From Candidatus Aenigmatarchaeota archaeon (GTDB lineage Archaea; Aenigmatarchaeota; Aenigmatarchaeia; QMZP01; JAFGSV01): a stretch of 25,527 nucleotides of DNA. The notes beneath the pieces were generated by a model. It saw only the letters and a list, made by a program, of their open reading frames with translations, was not told the DNA's origin and ran no database searches. The DNA lies in assembly GCA_043803615.1 (NCBI GenBank), contig JAZDJY010000120.1:1-25527 (forward strand), written 5' to 3'. Shown here piece after piece: positions 1 through 9,138 of this stretch; position 1 is the first letter of the stretch, and each line of letters starts with the position of its first letter. A program made the translations under genes and the position numbers.

Positions 1-44
1 GCATGAAACAGGCGGAGCAGGAGTACAAGATTCACAAAAACTGA
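1..44 (+). CDS. probable 3' end of an upstream CDS (partial, ...MKQAEQEYKIHKN*)
   Basis: Open frame 3-41 ends in TGA at 42-44, 9 nt before the next ATG. Too short to identify. Confidence 0.3.
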   Translation, partial: MKQAEQEYKIHKN

Positions 45-53
45 GATGTCCAT

Positions 54-497
54 ATGCTAGGCCTCGACTTCGTCTCCCTCGAATACTTCCTGCCATTCCT
101 TCTCGTAGTGGCGATTGTCTACGGAGCCCTTGAGACTGCGGGGATGTTCAGGAGCAAGGGCGTGAAGGTCATCATTGCGGTGGTGCTGGGTTTCTTCTCG
201 GTCATGAGCTACCAGGTCGTCCAGATGATAAACTCTTTCCTCCCCTTCGCGGCCATAGTCTTCGTCTTCATATTCATCGCGGGCTACATGAAGAAGTCGC
301 TTTCGGGAAAGCAAGGACAGGAGAAGGACAACACCTTAATCATAATCGTCTTCGGGCTCGGCATCCTCTTCATCGCGTCCATCGCGAATTCCACCGGCGG
401 CTTCAGCCTTTATCAGTACACGGACTTCCTGTGGCTCATCGGGGTGGTCGCCGTGGTAGCGATACTGTACGCCGCCTACAAGATGGGCTCCCAGTGA
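54..497 (+). CDS. multi-pass membrane protein (about 4 TM), paralog 1
   Basis: 147 aa, mostly hydrophobic helices. YFLPFLLVVAIVYGALE...KVIIAVVLGFF matches the 956-1507 product. Confidence 0.8.
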   Translation: MLGLDFVSLEYFLPFLLVVAIVYGALETAGMFRSKGVKVIIAVVLGFFSVMSYQVVQMINSFLPFAAIVFVFIFIAGYMKKSLSGKQGQEKDNTLIIIVFGLGILFIASIANSTGGFSLYQYTDFLWLIGVVAVVAILYAAYKMGSQ

Positions 498-501
498 TTC
501 C

Positions 502-858
502 ATGGCCGGGCCGTTCTCCGACATGCTCGGTTTCATGAGCGCCGCGGGCGTGTTCAACTACCTTGCGCTCTTCCTCGCACTCATAGTCCTGTACTACCTG
601 TTCCTTTACCTGATAGGAAAGCACATGAAGTCTGCGTTCCTGAAGAAGGGTGTAAGGCCGAAGGTGCTCTCCGTCATTCTTTCCATGCTGGTCACCGCGC
701 TCCTCTACGTGGCCTTCTTCTCGGTGGCCGGAGGTGCGGCCATGGTGGTGATTGCAGCCATCTTCGTGATAGCCGTGGTGTTCATCCTGTTCGTTGCCAT
801 AGGAAAGCTTGCGGGAATAGACGTCCCCGAGCTCCTTGGCATGAAGGACAAGGAGTAG
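502..858 (+). CDS. membrane protein (about 3 TM), divergent paralog 2
   Basis: 118 aa hydrophobic protein, 4 nt after the previous stop. GVFNYLALFL...KVLSVILSMLV pattern resembles its neighbours. Confidence 0.75.
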   Translation: MAGPFSDMLGFMSAAGVFNYLALFLALIVLYYLFLYLIGKHMKSAFLKKGVRPKVLSVILSMLVTALLYVAFFSVAGGAAMVVIAAIFVIAVVFILFVAIGKLAGIDVPELLGMKDKE

Positions 859-955
859 TCAGGGCGCATCCGGGACGGCTTTGGAGCGGTCCTGTATGCC
901 CGGGGTCCCGGCGGTAGGCGTAATATTTATAAGTGTTTCCCCCCAATAGAATAAC

Positions 956-1507
956 ATGGCACTGTTCGAAGACATGATACAGAACATGAGCAGGATGGGA
1001 CTGTTCCAGTACCTGTTCCCGTTCCTTCTGTCATTTGCTCTCCTCTATGGACTCATGGAATGGGTCTTCAAGGGCGGCAAGCTCGGCGGCAAGCAGGTCC
1101 ACGCGCTGATTGCCATAGTCCTGTCGTTCTTCGTGATGCTATACTCAAGCCTGAACTCCCAGCTTTACCAGCTCCTCACACAGGCTTCCGGCGTGTGGCT
1201 CGGCATAGGCGTGGTCTTGCTGCTCATAGTCCTTGCGACTGAGCTGCTTGGCCTGAACCTGAGGGAACTGCTGGGTGGTGAGAAGGGCGAACAGAACAAA
1301 TGGATAAAGTACGCTGTAGTGCTGGTATTCATCTACATCGTGCTTTATGCAATCTTTGGCAACATCATGACAGGATTCCTGCCAGCAGGCCTGAACAACA
1401 GCGACATCTGGACCGTCGTGCTCGTGATAATCATAATAGGCATAGTCTTCGCGTTCGTGGGCGGCAAGGACAAGGAAGCGGCACCCGCCGGTTCGAAGCC
1501 AGTATAG
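956..1507 (+). CDS. multi-pass membrane protein (4-5 TM), paralog 3
   Basis: 183 aa with GLFQYLFPFLLSFALLYGLME...HALIAIVLSFF. TTTATAA box at 926-932. Confidence 0.8.
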   Translation: MALFEDMIQNMSRMGLFQYLFPFLLSFALLYGLMEWVFKGGKLGGKQVHALIAIVLSFFVMLYSSLNSQLYQLLTQASGVWLGIGVVLLLIVLATELLGLNLRELLGGEKGEQNKWIKYAVVLVFIYIVLYAIFGNIMTGFLPAGLNNSDIWTVVLVIIIIGIVFAFVGGKDKEAAPAGSKPV

Positions 1508-1632
1508 ATTCAGCGTAGTTTTTCGGTTTCTGATAGTTCTGAATTTGATACGCTATGCCTTTGGCTTTACTAGAAATGAACTAATAAAATAGCCGGATAG
1601 AATGCCAGAACTCTAGCTAAACTGCGATTAAT
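1508..1632. terminator. AT-rich convergent intergenic region with T-tracts (probable archaeal terminators)
   Basis: Lies between converging genes. T-rich runs on the + strand after 1507 and A-rich runs near 1584-1632. Confidence 0.35.
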
Positions 1633-2616
1633 TTACTCGTCCTCGTCGCTCTTCGGCGCGTACCTTGGGATGGCGTAGGAGCTCTCTGGCGCCTGCTGGG
1701 GCAGCCTTGCAGGCGGGCGCTCCAGCCTTTCCGGCGCAGCCGATGGTGCGGCGCCGCGAAGCTTCCTTATCGAGTCTATCATCGGCGAAAGCGAGCCCTT
1801 GACGACTTCCTCTAGCGAGTCTATCCTCGCGTTGGTCTCCTCAACGCTCTGCCTGATCGTAGAAATATCGTTTTTGAGCGAGGAAAGCTCCTCGGGCGCG
1901 GCGCCGCCGGGGGTGCGTGCCGGGGCGTTCTTCAGGTCGGAAGAGAGCTTCTCAGCCTTCTCCTCGACGTCGTGGACCCTGCGGGCCATGTCCTGCCACT
2001 TCTCCTCGGCTATCTGCTCGACGAGCTCCTCAACTTCCCTCCTGCGCCTGTCTTTTACTTCCCTGTCCCTTTCGTCCCTCTCCTTTGGGAGCGGGGCCTC
2101 TGCGAACCGCAGCGGCTGCATGTCCCCCCTTGCGCCCGGGGGCGGCGGGAGCTTCTCATCATCGAGTTCCGAGAACATGGCGCCGGGGCCGAGCCTCTTG
2201 TCCTTGGGGACGTCGTCCATATCCAGGTCGTCGTCTGGGAGGTCGTCTTCCGCGTCCCAGTCCGTCGGGGCGTACTTGTTCTTCCCCCCGAATTGCTGCT
2301 GCTGTTCGTATCCGCCAAACGGCTGCTGGCCCTGGGGAGCCGGCGGCATGGGCCTCTGGTAAGGCGCTGCCTGCTGGTATCCCGGCTGCGGGGCCATCCT
2401 CGGCTGACCCTGCGCCTGTCCTGCGCCGCTCCTCATGGCGTCCTTCATGGCCCTGTCGACCTCAAGCGGCGCATACCCCTCCTGCCGCAGCGTCTTTAAT
2501 ATCTCAGGCTCTGACATGCCCTGCGAAGAAAGCGATAGCACCCTCTGGGTCGGTACTCCCATGCCTCCGGGCGGAGTCTGGGGAGCCTGTTGACCTTTGT
2601 TTCCGAATCCTAGCAT
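1633..2616 (-). CDS. cytoplasmic protein: small helical N-domain, Pro/Gln-rich and acidic linker, C-terminal coiled coil
   Basis: ATG at 2616 (MLGFGNKG) preferred over GTG 2625. N-domain VPTQRVLSLSSQGMSEPEILKTLRQEGY; coiled coil EELVEQIAEEKW...NARIDSLEEVVK. Confidence 0.75.
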   Translation of the reverse strand: MLGFGNKGQQAPQTPPGGMGVPTQRVLSLSSQGMSEPEILKTLRQEGYAPLEVDRAMKDAMRSGAGQAQGQPRMAPQPGYQQAAPYQRPMPPAPQGQQPFGGYEQQQQFGGKNKYAPTDWDAEDDLPDDDLDMDDVPKDKRLGPGAMFSELDDEKLPPPPGARGDMQPLRFAEAPLPKERDERDREVKDRRRREVEELVEQIAEEKWQDMARRVHDVEEKAEKLSSDLKNAPARTPGGAAPEELSSLKNDISTIRQSVEETNARIDSLEEVVKGSLSPMIDSIRKLRGAAPSAAPERLERPPARLPQQAPESSYAIPRYAPKSDEDE

Positions 2617-2631
2617 AATGAGCACTGCTCT

Positions 2632-3060
2632 TTATAATTCGGGCTTTTTACTTAAATCTTTACCCGCTTCTGGTCCGCTGTCGGCAAGCCCGGAGAGCAT
2701 CGACTCCAGTATCTTCAGCGTTTCCTCCATCTTCCTGACCTCGGTCTTCTTCGCGAGGAACATCATCTGCTTGACGACTTCCTTGAGCGTGTTGTTCAGG
2801 GTCTCTGTCTTCCCTTCCATTGCCACAACCTTGGCCTCGAGCCCCTTCATCGACTCCGCGACGCTTTCGAGCTTCGAACCCATGGAATCGTCCATGGAAG
2901 AGACCCTCGCCGTCACTATCTTTTCCCGCTGCTCGAGAAGCCTTAGCCTCTTCGTGTTGTCGTTTACCCTCCCGACTATCTCGTTGACTATAGGGACGGC
3001 CGAAGGCTTTCCTTTTCCCTGCTGCTCACCGAAAACTGGCATGTCAAACACTCCGGGCAT
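2632..3060 (-). CDS. coiled-coil protein
   Basis: 142 aa with heptad pattern (KRLRLLEQREKIV...LEAKVVAMEGKTETLNNTLKEV). Divergent from the ATPase. Confidence 0.75.
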   Translation of the reverse strand: MPGVFDMPVFGEQQGKGKPSAVPIVNEIVGRVNDNTKRLRLLEQREKIVTARVSSMDDSMGSKLESVAESMKGLEAKVVAMEGKTETLNNTLKEVVKQMMFLAKKTEVRKMEETLKILESMLSGLADSGPEAGKDLSKKPEL

Positions 3061-3128
3061 TTTTATTTAGTCCCCGACAATATAAAAATAGCCGGCGGCG
3101 ATTTAAATTGAGCCGGCGGGGGATGTAA
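3061..3128. promoter_or_regulatory. divergent promoter region with two TATA-like boxes and an AGCCGGCGG direct repeat
   Basis: TTTAAA at 3102-3107 lies 27 nt before ATG 3129. TATAAAAA at 3081-3088 reads TTTTTATA on the - strand. AGCCGGCGG occurs at 3090-3098 and 3111-3119. Confidence 0.55.
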
Positions 3129-6100
3129 ATGGCAGCAGCCGGGTATGCTTATGACGAGAACGAGCAGAGGCTTAGGATAAACTATCTCGGTTCCATCTTC
3201 GGCGCAAGCATCGAGGACTACGCGGAGTGCATGGCCGACGTCCTGGACAAGATCCTCGAAGTCAAGAACGTGAAGAGCGTCGTCCTCATAAAGGACAGGG
3301 AGTACGAGTACGGCCCCGAGCAGTCGGCCATGCTAGTCGAGATAGCAAAGGTCATAGAAGACGTCGTCCGCGAGAGGCTCATGTCGAGAGTGAAGGTCTC
3401 AGACGACCTGCAGAAGAAGCTTTTTCCCGAGATGAACGCGCGGATGCAGGACATCGTCGTAAACCTCCTGCGCAGGGACCCCATAGGCGCCTACGCCGAG
3501 GTGGTGCGCGAGATTAGGCGCATCAGGATAAGGATGGCGGAGACCAAGTACAGGAGCGCCTACGACATCTACGCCGACTACCTCAAGAACGTACTCGGCG
3601 TCATGAGGACGAGGCTTGAAGCGACACAGCTCATAAAGACGGCAAAGCCGCATGTCGCCGGCTACCACAGCGGGGACAGGTCGCTATATAGGGAGATATT
3701 CATTCCCAGCATCCGGCCCAATTTCATGCTCACGAGGTACATGATAACGCCCCCCGAGAACGGCAAGTCCGTGAAGAGGTATAACGTCGGGGACGTCGAG
3801 GTCGAGATATTCAGGCTCCCAGAGAGCGCCGAGTACTTCTACCACGTCCTCCCCCCCGAATTCGTGCTCACCGAGGAGAAGTACGCAGTCCTGGACGCGG
3901 CGAGGAGGTACATGGCGACGCACCAGCCCAAGACCGCGGAGTTCGTGAGGACGGGCAAGATCAGGGAAGTCTTCTATAACATCGGGCGGGACATGATAAG
4001 GGAGGTCGCCGACCAGCACGGCGTCTTCATGAGCGCAAAGGAACTGGACCAGCTGGCGACCATACTCACGAGATATACTGCAGGCCTCGGCGTCCTGGAA
4101 CTGCTCCTGGCAGACGAGAACGTGCAGGACGTCTACATAAACTCCCCTGTCGAGTCGCAGCCCATACTCATAAACCACGCCGAGTTCGAGGAGTGCAGGA
4201 CCAACCTCATCCCGACGCAGGATGACGCGGAGTCCTGGGCGACGAGGCTTAGGATGGAATCGGGAAGGCCGCTTGACGAGGCAAACCCGGTCCTGGACAC
4301 GGACATAGGCGTCCCGGGCGGGAAGGCCAGGTTCTGCGTCATAACGAGGACGCTTTCGCCGCGCGGCCTGGGTTTTGCCATAAGGAGGCACAGGGACAAG
4401 CCGTGGACGCTTCCCCTTTTCATCAAGGCCAAGACCCTTTCCCCGCTTGCGGCAGGCGTCCTGTCATTCCTGATAGACGGCACGGCGAGCATGCTCGTCG
4501 CCGGAGGCAGAGGCGCGGGAAAGACCTCAGTCCTTGCGGCCCTGATGCTGGAGATACTGCCAAAGACGAGAATAGTATCCATCGAAGACAGCGTCACCGG
4601 GGACGCTTCCATCATATACGAGAACGGGGGCGAAATGAAGATTGGCACGGTGGGGGAGCTTGTAGACACGATGGTTGAAAAGTATGACAGTGAAAACATC
4701 CTTGGAAGGGACATACTCGCCTCGAACCCAAAGAATGTGAAGGTTTTTGCAATGGACAGCAAGGGGAAGATACGCCTCGCCCCAGTCAGCAGGTTCATAA
4801 GGCACAAGGTGAACAAGGAAATCTTTGAAATAAGGACGTCTACCGGCAGGAAGATATCCGTCACGGAGGACCACTCCCTCTTCTCGATGGGAGAAGACGG
4901 CTCTGTTTCTTCCGTGAAGTCGAAGAATCTCCGGGAAGGGGACTTCATCGTGACTCCGCGGGTGCTGAAGTTCGAAAACAAGCATGCAAAGTGCATCGAT
5001 TTGTCAAAGCACGCTGAAAAATTGGGTGGTTTTTACCTCACCGGCGCGGCAGTGAGGGAATTTGCCGCCGCCAACAGGAACGCGATAAAGGCGGCCGGGA
5101 AGAAGCTTTGCTACAGCAAGCCGGGAATAAACTACTGGTTCAGGACCGGGACATTCCCTGCAAGGGTATTGTCTTCCATGAAGGAAAGGATAAAGGCAGG
5201 GGACGGCATTTCAATAAAGGCGAACAGGTATTCCCAGCCGATTCCTGCAATCATACACCTTGACGAGGATTTCCTGAAATTTGCCGGCATGTGGCTTGCA
5301 GATGGATGCTGCTACAAGAATTCCGTGATAATATCCGTGATGGAAAAGGAGGAAAGGGACGTTGTAAGAAGTGTCGCAGAAAAGATGGGACTCCGGGTCA
5401 GGATGCATTCCGACGAATGTTCCCTGATGCTGAATTCCGCGGTTCTGGTAAGGGTGATGGGCGACGTCCTTGGCCTCCGGGGAAATGCCTACACGAAAAG
5501 GATGCCTCCCTGGGCCTTCAGGCTTTCGGGAAAGCAGACCGGATGGCTCCTCAATGGCTTTTTCAGCGGCGACGGGTGCGCCTCGGACAAGGAGGTCGTC
5601 GCGTCCATATCCTCGGAAAAGCTCTTGGTGGATATACAGACCATGCTTCTTTCCTTCGGTGTTATATTGAGGATAGGAAAATACAGGAAAAGCGATAAGA
5701 CGTGGCCATCGCACATAAGCTCGCTGAAATCACTGAAGCTTTTCAGGGAAAACGTAGGCTTCGTCCAGCAAAGGAAAATGAAGAGGCTGGATGCACTATG
5801 TTCTAAAGTTTCAACCCACGACAGCTCTGACGTCATACCCCTTTCGGTCGGCCTGAAGAAAAAGATAGCCGGGGTTTGCCCATTTTTCAACAAGAACGAC
5901 TATATCGTGAGGGGAAACGAAATAGGAAGGGAACATATGAAAAAACTTCTTAAGAAGATTGACCCGGAAGAAAAAGAACTGGTAGGGAAGCTTTCCGTTC
6001 TGGCTGAATCCGACATCCTGTGGGACAGGATAACGGAAATAAAATCAGTGACGAAGCCGCAGTACGTCTATGACTTCTCCGTCCCCGGCTTTGAGAACTT

Positions 6101-6914
6101 CGTCTGCAACAATATCCTTGCCCACAACACGCTCGAGCTTCCCATAGACCAGCTCCGGGACATAGGCTATAACGTCGAGAGCCTGAAGTCGCGCTCCGTC
6201 CTCACGATGGTCGAGACCGAGATACCGGCAGACGAGGCCCTGAGGACGGCGCTTCGGCTTGGCGACTCCGCGCTCGTGGTAGGCGAGGTCAGGTCCACCG
6301 AGGCGCGTGCGCTCTACGAGGCCATGAGGATAGGCGCCCTCTCAAACGTCGTCATGGGCACCATCCACGGCGAGAGCGCCTACGGCGTCTTCGACAGGGT
6401 GGTAAACGATCTCCAAGTGCCGCTCACGTCGTTCAAGGCGACCGACATCATACCGATTTGTAAGACGCTGCGGACCGCCGACGGCCTGCACAGGTTCAGA
6501 AGGATGACCGAGATAACCGAAATCCGGAAGAAGTGGGACAAGAATCCGGACAAGGAGGGCGGCTTTGTGAACCTCTTCGAGTACTCGGCAAAGGAGGACA
6601 AGCTCAAGCCGACCGACACGCTCGTAAACGGCGAGTCCGAGACCCTCAACAGGATAGCGGGCTACGTAAAAGAGTGGCACGGGGACTGGCAGGCCGTGTG
6701 GGAGAACATAAACCTGCGCGCAAAGATTAAGAGCGCAACCGTCGAGATGAGCGACAAGCTAGGAAACCCCGAAATCCTCGAGGCGCAGTGGATAATGAAG
6801 TCCAACTCCCAGTTCCATCTCATATCCGAGGCGGTCAGGAAGGAGACGGGGGCAGTCGATTCGGCGCGCGTCTACGACCAGTGGCTTTCGTGGTTCCGCT
6901 CAAAAATCAAGTAG
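3129..6914 (+). CDS. type IV pilus/Tad assembly ATPase (TadA/CpaF/VirB11 family, T2SSE), intein-containing; 748 aa after splicing
   Basis: Walker A GGRGAGKTS, Asp box IED|TLEL (split by the intein), Walker B LVVGEVR, His box GTIHG and RLESGRPLDEANP...AIRRH. Followed by a TadC-like gene and pilins. Confidence 0.92.
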   Translation: MAAAGYAYDENEQRLRINYLGSIFGASIEDYAECMADVLDKILEVKNVKSVVLIKDREYEYGPEQSAMLVEIAKVIEDVVRERLMSRVKVSDDLQKKLFPEMNARMQDIVVNLLRRDPIGAYAEVVREIRRIRIRMAETKYRSAYDIYADYLKNVLGVMRTRLEATQLIKTAKPHVAGYHSGDRSLYREIFIPSIRPNFMLTRYMITPPENGKSVKRYNVGDVEVEIFRLPESAEYFYHVLPPEFVLTEEKYAVLDAARRYMATHQPKTAEFVRTGKIREVFYNIGRDMIREVADQHGVFMSAKELDQLATILTRYTAGLGVLELLLADENVQDVYINSPVESQPILINHAEFEECRTNLIPTQDDAESWATRLRMESGRPLDEANPVLDTDIGVPGGKARFCVITRTLSPRGLGFAIRRHRDKPWTLPLFIKAKTLSPLAAGVLSFLIDGTASMLVAGGRGAGKTSVLAALMLEILPKTRIVSIEDSVTGDASIIYENGGEMKIGTVGELVDTMVEKYDSENILGRDILASNPKNVKVFAMDSKGKIRLAPVSRFIRHKVNKEIFEIRTSTGRKISVTEDHSLFSMGEDGSVSSVKSKNLREGDFIVTPRVLKFENKHAKCIDLSKHAEKLGGFYLTGAAVREFAAANRNAIKAAGKKLCYSKPGINYWFRTGTFPARVLSSMKERIKAGDGISIKANRYSQPIPAIIHLDEDFLKFAGMWLADGCCYKNSVIISVMEKEERDVVRSVAEKMGLRVRMHSDECSLMLNSAVLVRVMGDVLGLRGNAYTKRMPPWAFRLSGKQTGWLLNGFFSGDGCASDKEVVASISSEKLLVDIQTMLLSFGVILRIGKYRKSDKTWPSHISSLKSLKLFRENVGFVQQRKMKRLDALCSKVSTHDSSDVIPLSVGLKKKIAGVCPFFNKNDYIVRGNEIGREHMKKLLKKIDPEEKELVGKLSVLAESDILWDRITEIKSVTKPQYVYDFSVPGFENFVCNNILAHNTLELPIDQLRDIGYNVESLKSRSVLTMVETEIPADEALRTALRLGDSALVVGEVRSTEARALYEAMRIGALSNVVMGTIHGESAYGVFDRVVNDLQVPLTSFKATDIIPICKTLRTADGLHRFRRMTEITEIRKKWDKNPDKEGGFVNLFEYSAKEDKLKPTDTLVNGESETLNRIAGYVKEWHGDWQAVWENINLRAKIKSATVEMSDKLGNPEILEAQWIMKSNSQFHLISEAVRKETGAVDSARVYDQWLSWFRSKIK
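4590..6128 (+). mobile_element. intein with LAGLIDADG homing endonuclease (513 aa)
   Basis: Starts SVTGD, block B TEDHSL, LAGLIDADG motifs FAGMWLADG and LNGFFSGDG, block F/G YVYDFSVPGFENFVCNNILAHN, then +1 Thr. Removal restores IEDTLELP. Visibly more A-rich than the flanking exteins. Confidence 0.95.
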
Positions 6915-6960
6915 CATCGCGTGTTCTTCCAATAAATTAAAGCCGCGGCAAATATTTATC

Positions 6961-9075
6961 ATGGGTCTTTTTTCAATCAAGCGAAAGCCCGCGGCAGCTG
7001 AAGGCTACGTGAGCCGTGGGGTCTCCACAGCATCGCCAGGGGGCATAAGCATAGCGTCGAGGGACTATCGGCTCTTCCGGCAGAGGGACAAGGAGAGGCT
7101 TACCTGGTACGAGGTGCTTGCCCAGTCCTCCAGCAAAGTGCTGGACATGAGCTTCGACGAAAAGACGAAAAAGGAGCTTTCCGCCGCAATCGATTTCACG
7201 GGCCTGCGGATAAAGGAGAATTCCCCGGTCGCCCTCTTCATCCTCACAGTCGTTATCTTCTCCTTTGCCGGAGGCTTTGCCTTCGCCCTGAAGGTCCTCC
7301 CTAACGTCTACGGCGTCGTGGCCTTCGTCATGGCGGGGCTGGGCTTCGGATACTATCTCATGCGCTATCCCATAAACCTCATGAAGGCCATGAGGATACA
7401 GGCAAGCTCCCAGGTGGTGCTTGCCGTGCTCTACATGGTCGTCTCGATGAGGATAATCCCAAACATAGAGCACGCGCTGCGGTTTGCGTCTTCGAACATC
7501 TCCGGCGTGCTGGCCTGGGACATGCGAAGGCTCCTATGGGACATAGAGATGGGCAAGTACTACTCCGCAAACGAGGCGCTCCTTGCGTACATAGCCAAGT
7601 GGAAGGCAGAAAACGAGGAGTTCTCCGATGCCCTGCGGCTCCTCATGGAATCCCAAAGCCAGGTGCCGCAGAAGGCCGAAAAGACCCTGGACGAGGCCCT
7701 GCGCGTGGTCCTGGACGGCACGCGCGACAGGATGAAGCACTACTCCCAGGACCTGCAGATGCCAGTCACCATGATACACATGATGGGCATAGTCCTCCCA
7801 ATCCTTGGCTCCGTCATGGCCCCGATGGCCGCAATCTTCCTCGCCGACACCGTGACGTTCTGGCACTTCCTCATCGGCTACGACGTCATCCTCCCGATAC
7901 TCCTCGTGTGGTTCATAAACAACACGCTCGCAAAGAGGCCCGTCACGTTCTCAAAGATTGACATCTCCCACCATCCGGACATGCCCCCAAGCGGAAGCTT
8001 CATGCTGGGCAAGGGAAAGAAGAAGGTCGCAATCCCGATGCTTCCGATTGCGCTCCTCGTGGGCGTCCTCATAGCGCTCCCCGGCGTGATGCACTTCATG
8101 CAGCATCCCGACTACCTCGTCACGCCCATGGTGGACAAGGGGTCCGGCATCCTCGAGCCCGCCGAGGTAGACGACCCGGACCAGTTCCTCACGCTTGTGA
8201 TGTCGCTTCTGATAATACTCGGGGTCAGCGCCGCGGCATCGATATACTTCATCCTGAGCAACGTCCAGCGTTCGCGCGTCGAGGACTCGGTGTACAAGAT
8301 GGAGTCCCAGTTCGAGCTTGCCCTCTTCCACCTGGGGAACAGGATATCCGGCGGGACGCCACTTGAGATAGCGATAGAAAAGGCAAACGAGGACGTAAAA
8401 GACCTGGAGATATCCAACATGTTTTCCATAATCATGCGCAACATGAGGACTCTGGGCATGACGTTTGAGCAGGCGCTCCTCAACCCGCAGTGCGGCGCCC
8501 TGCGCTACTACCCAAGCATCCTGATACAAAACGTCATGAGGACCATAACCGACACGGCCAGGCGCGGCGTGCAGTTTGCCTCCGAGTCCATGCTCACCGT
8601 GTCCCGCTACCTGAAGAACGTGAGGGAGACACAGGAGTTCATGAGGGACATACTCTCCGAGACCACGAGCAGCATGCAGTTCCAGGCCTACGCCATGGCG
8701 CCCCTCGTGAGCGGCCTCATAGTCGCGATGTCCCAGGTCATAATACAGGTGCTCGTGTTCCTGGGAAAGAAGCTTTCCGACTTCGGCGTAAGCGACGCCT
8801 TCCAGATAGACCTCTCCCAGATACTGGGCTCAAGCTCCTCCATAAGCTCCCCCATGTTCCAGCTCATCATCGGCATCTATCTCCTCGAGGTCATAATCAT
8901 CCTTGCCATGTTCGTGACCAAGATCAACCGGGGCGACGACAAGTCCATGCAGTGGTTCCTCGCCGGGAAGATGATAATGGTCGCAATCGCCATATACGCG
9001 ATGGTTGCCATCGGCGCAAGCCTGATGTTCGGCGGCATGATAGAGGGCGCCATGAGCCAGCTGACCACTGGATAG
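6961..9075 (+). CDS. type IV pilus membrane platform protein (TadC/GspF/ArlJ-like, two T2SSF-type halves)
   Basis: 704 aa polytopic protein directly after the ATPase. Two cytoplasmic repeats (LYMVVSMRIIPNIEHAL; LGNRISGGTPLEIAI), each followed by TM bundles. Confidence 0.88.
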   Translation: MGLFSIKRKPAAAEGYVSRGVSTASPGGISIASRDYRLFRQRDKERLTWYEVLAQSSSKVLDMSFDEKTKKELSAAIDFTGLRIKENSPVALFILTVVIFSFAGGFAFALKVLPNVYGVVAFVMAGLGFGYYLMRYPINLMKAMRIQASSQVVLAVLYMVVSMRIIPNIEHALRFASSNISGVLAWDMRRLLWDIEMGKYYSANEALLAYIAKWKAENEEFSDALRLLMESQSQVPQKAEKTLDEALRVVLDGTRDRMKHYSQDLQMPVTMIHMMGIVLPILGSVMAPMAAIFLADTVTFWHFLIGYDVILPILLVWFINNTLAKRPVTFSKIDISHHPDMPPSGSFMLGKGKKKVAIPMLPIALLVGVLIALPGVMHFMQHPDYLVTPMVDKGSGILEPAEVDDPDQFLTLVMSLLIILGVSAAASIYFILSNVQRSRVEDSVYKMESQFELALFHLGNRISGGTPLEIAIEKANEDVKDLEISNMFSIIMRNMRTLGMTFEQALLNPQCGALRYYPSILIQNVMRTITDTARRGVQFASESMLTVSRYLKNVRETQEFMRDILSETTSSMQFQAYAMAPLVSGLIVAMSQVIIQVLVFLGKKLSDFGVSDAFQIDLSQILGSSSSISSPMFQLIIGIYLLEVIIILAMFVTKINRGDDKSMQWFLAGKMIMVAIAIYAMVAIGASLMFGGMIEGAMSQLTTG

Positions 9076-9138
9076 GCAAATCGCCTCCGCAGGGAGCGGG
9101 GAAGCCAAGATTTAAACCGCGGAAAGCAATATTTATCC

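Noticed and set aside
1799-2618. Long + strand ORFs (1799-2362, 1917-2618, 1972-2499) and similar antisense or alternate-frame ORFs across the window
   Set aside because: Shadow ORFs of GC-rich coding sequence: Ser/Arg/Pro-biased, no motifs, and fully overlapping better-supported genes.
3129-6914. Conjugative VirB11/T4SS or integrated mobile element
   Set aside because: No VirB4, coupling protein, relaxase, integrase or att repeats seen. Context is TadC-like plus class III signal peptides.
3129-9075. Archaellum motor (arlI/arlJ) interpretation
   Set aside because: No recognisable archaellin, ArlH (KaiC-like), ArlF or ArlG in the window. The downstream genes are diverse pilin-like proteins.
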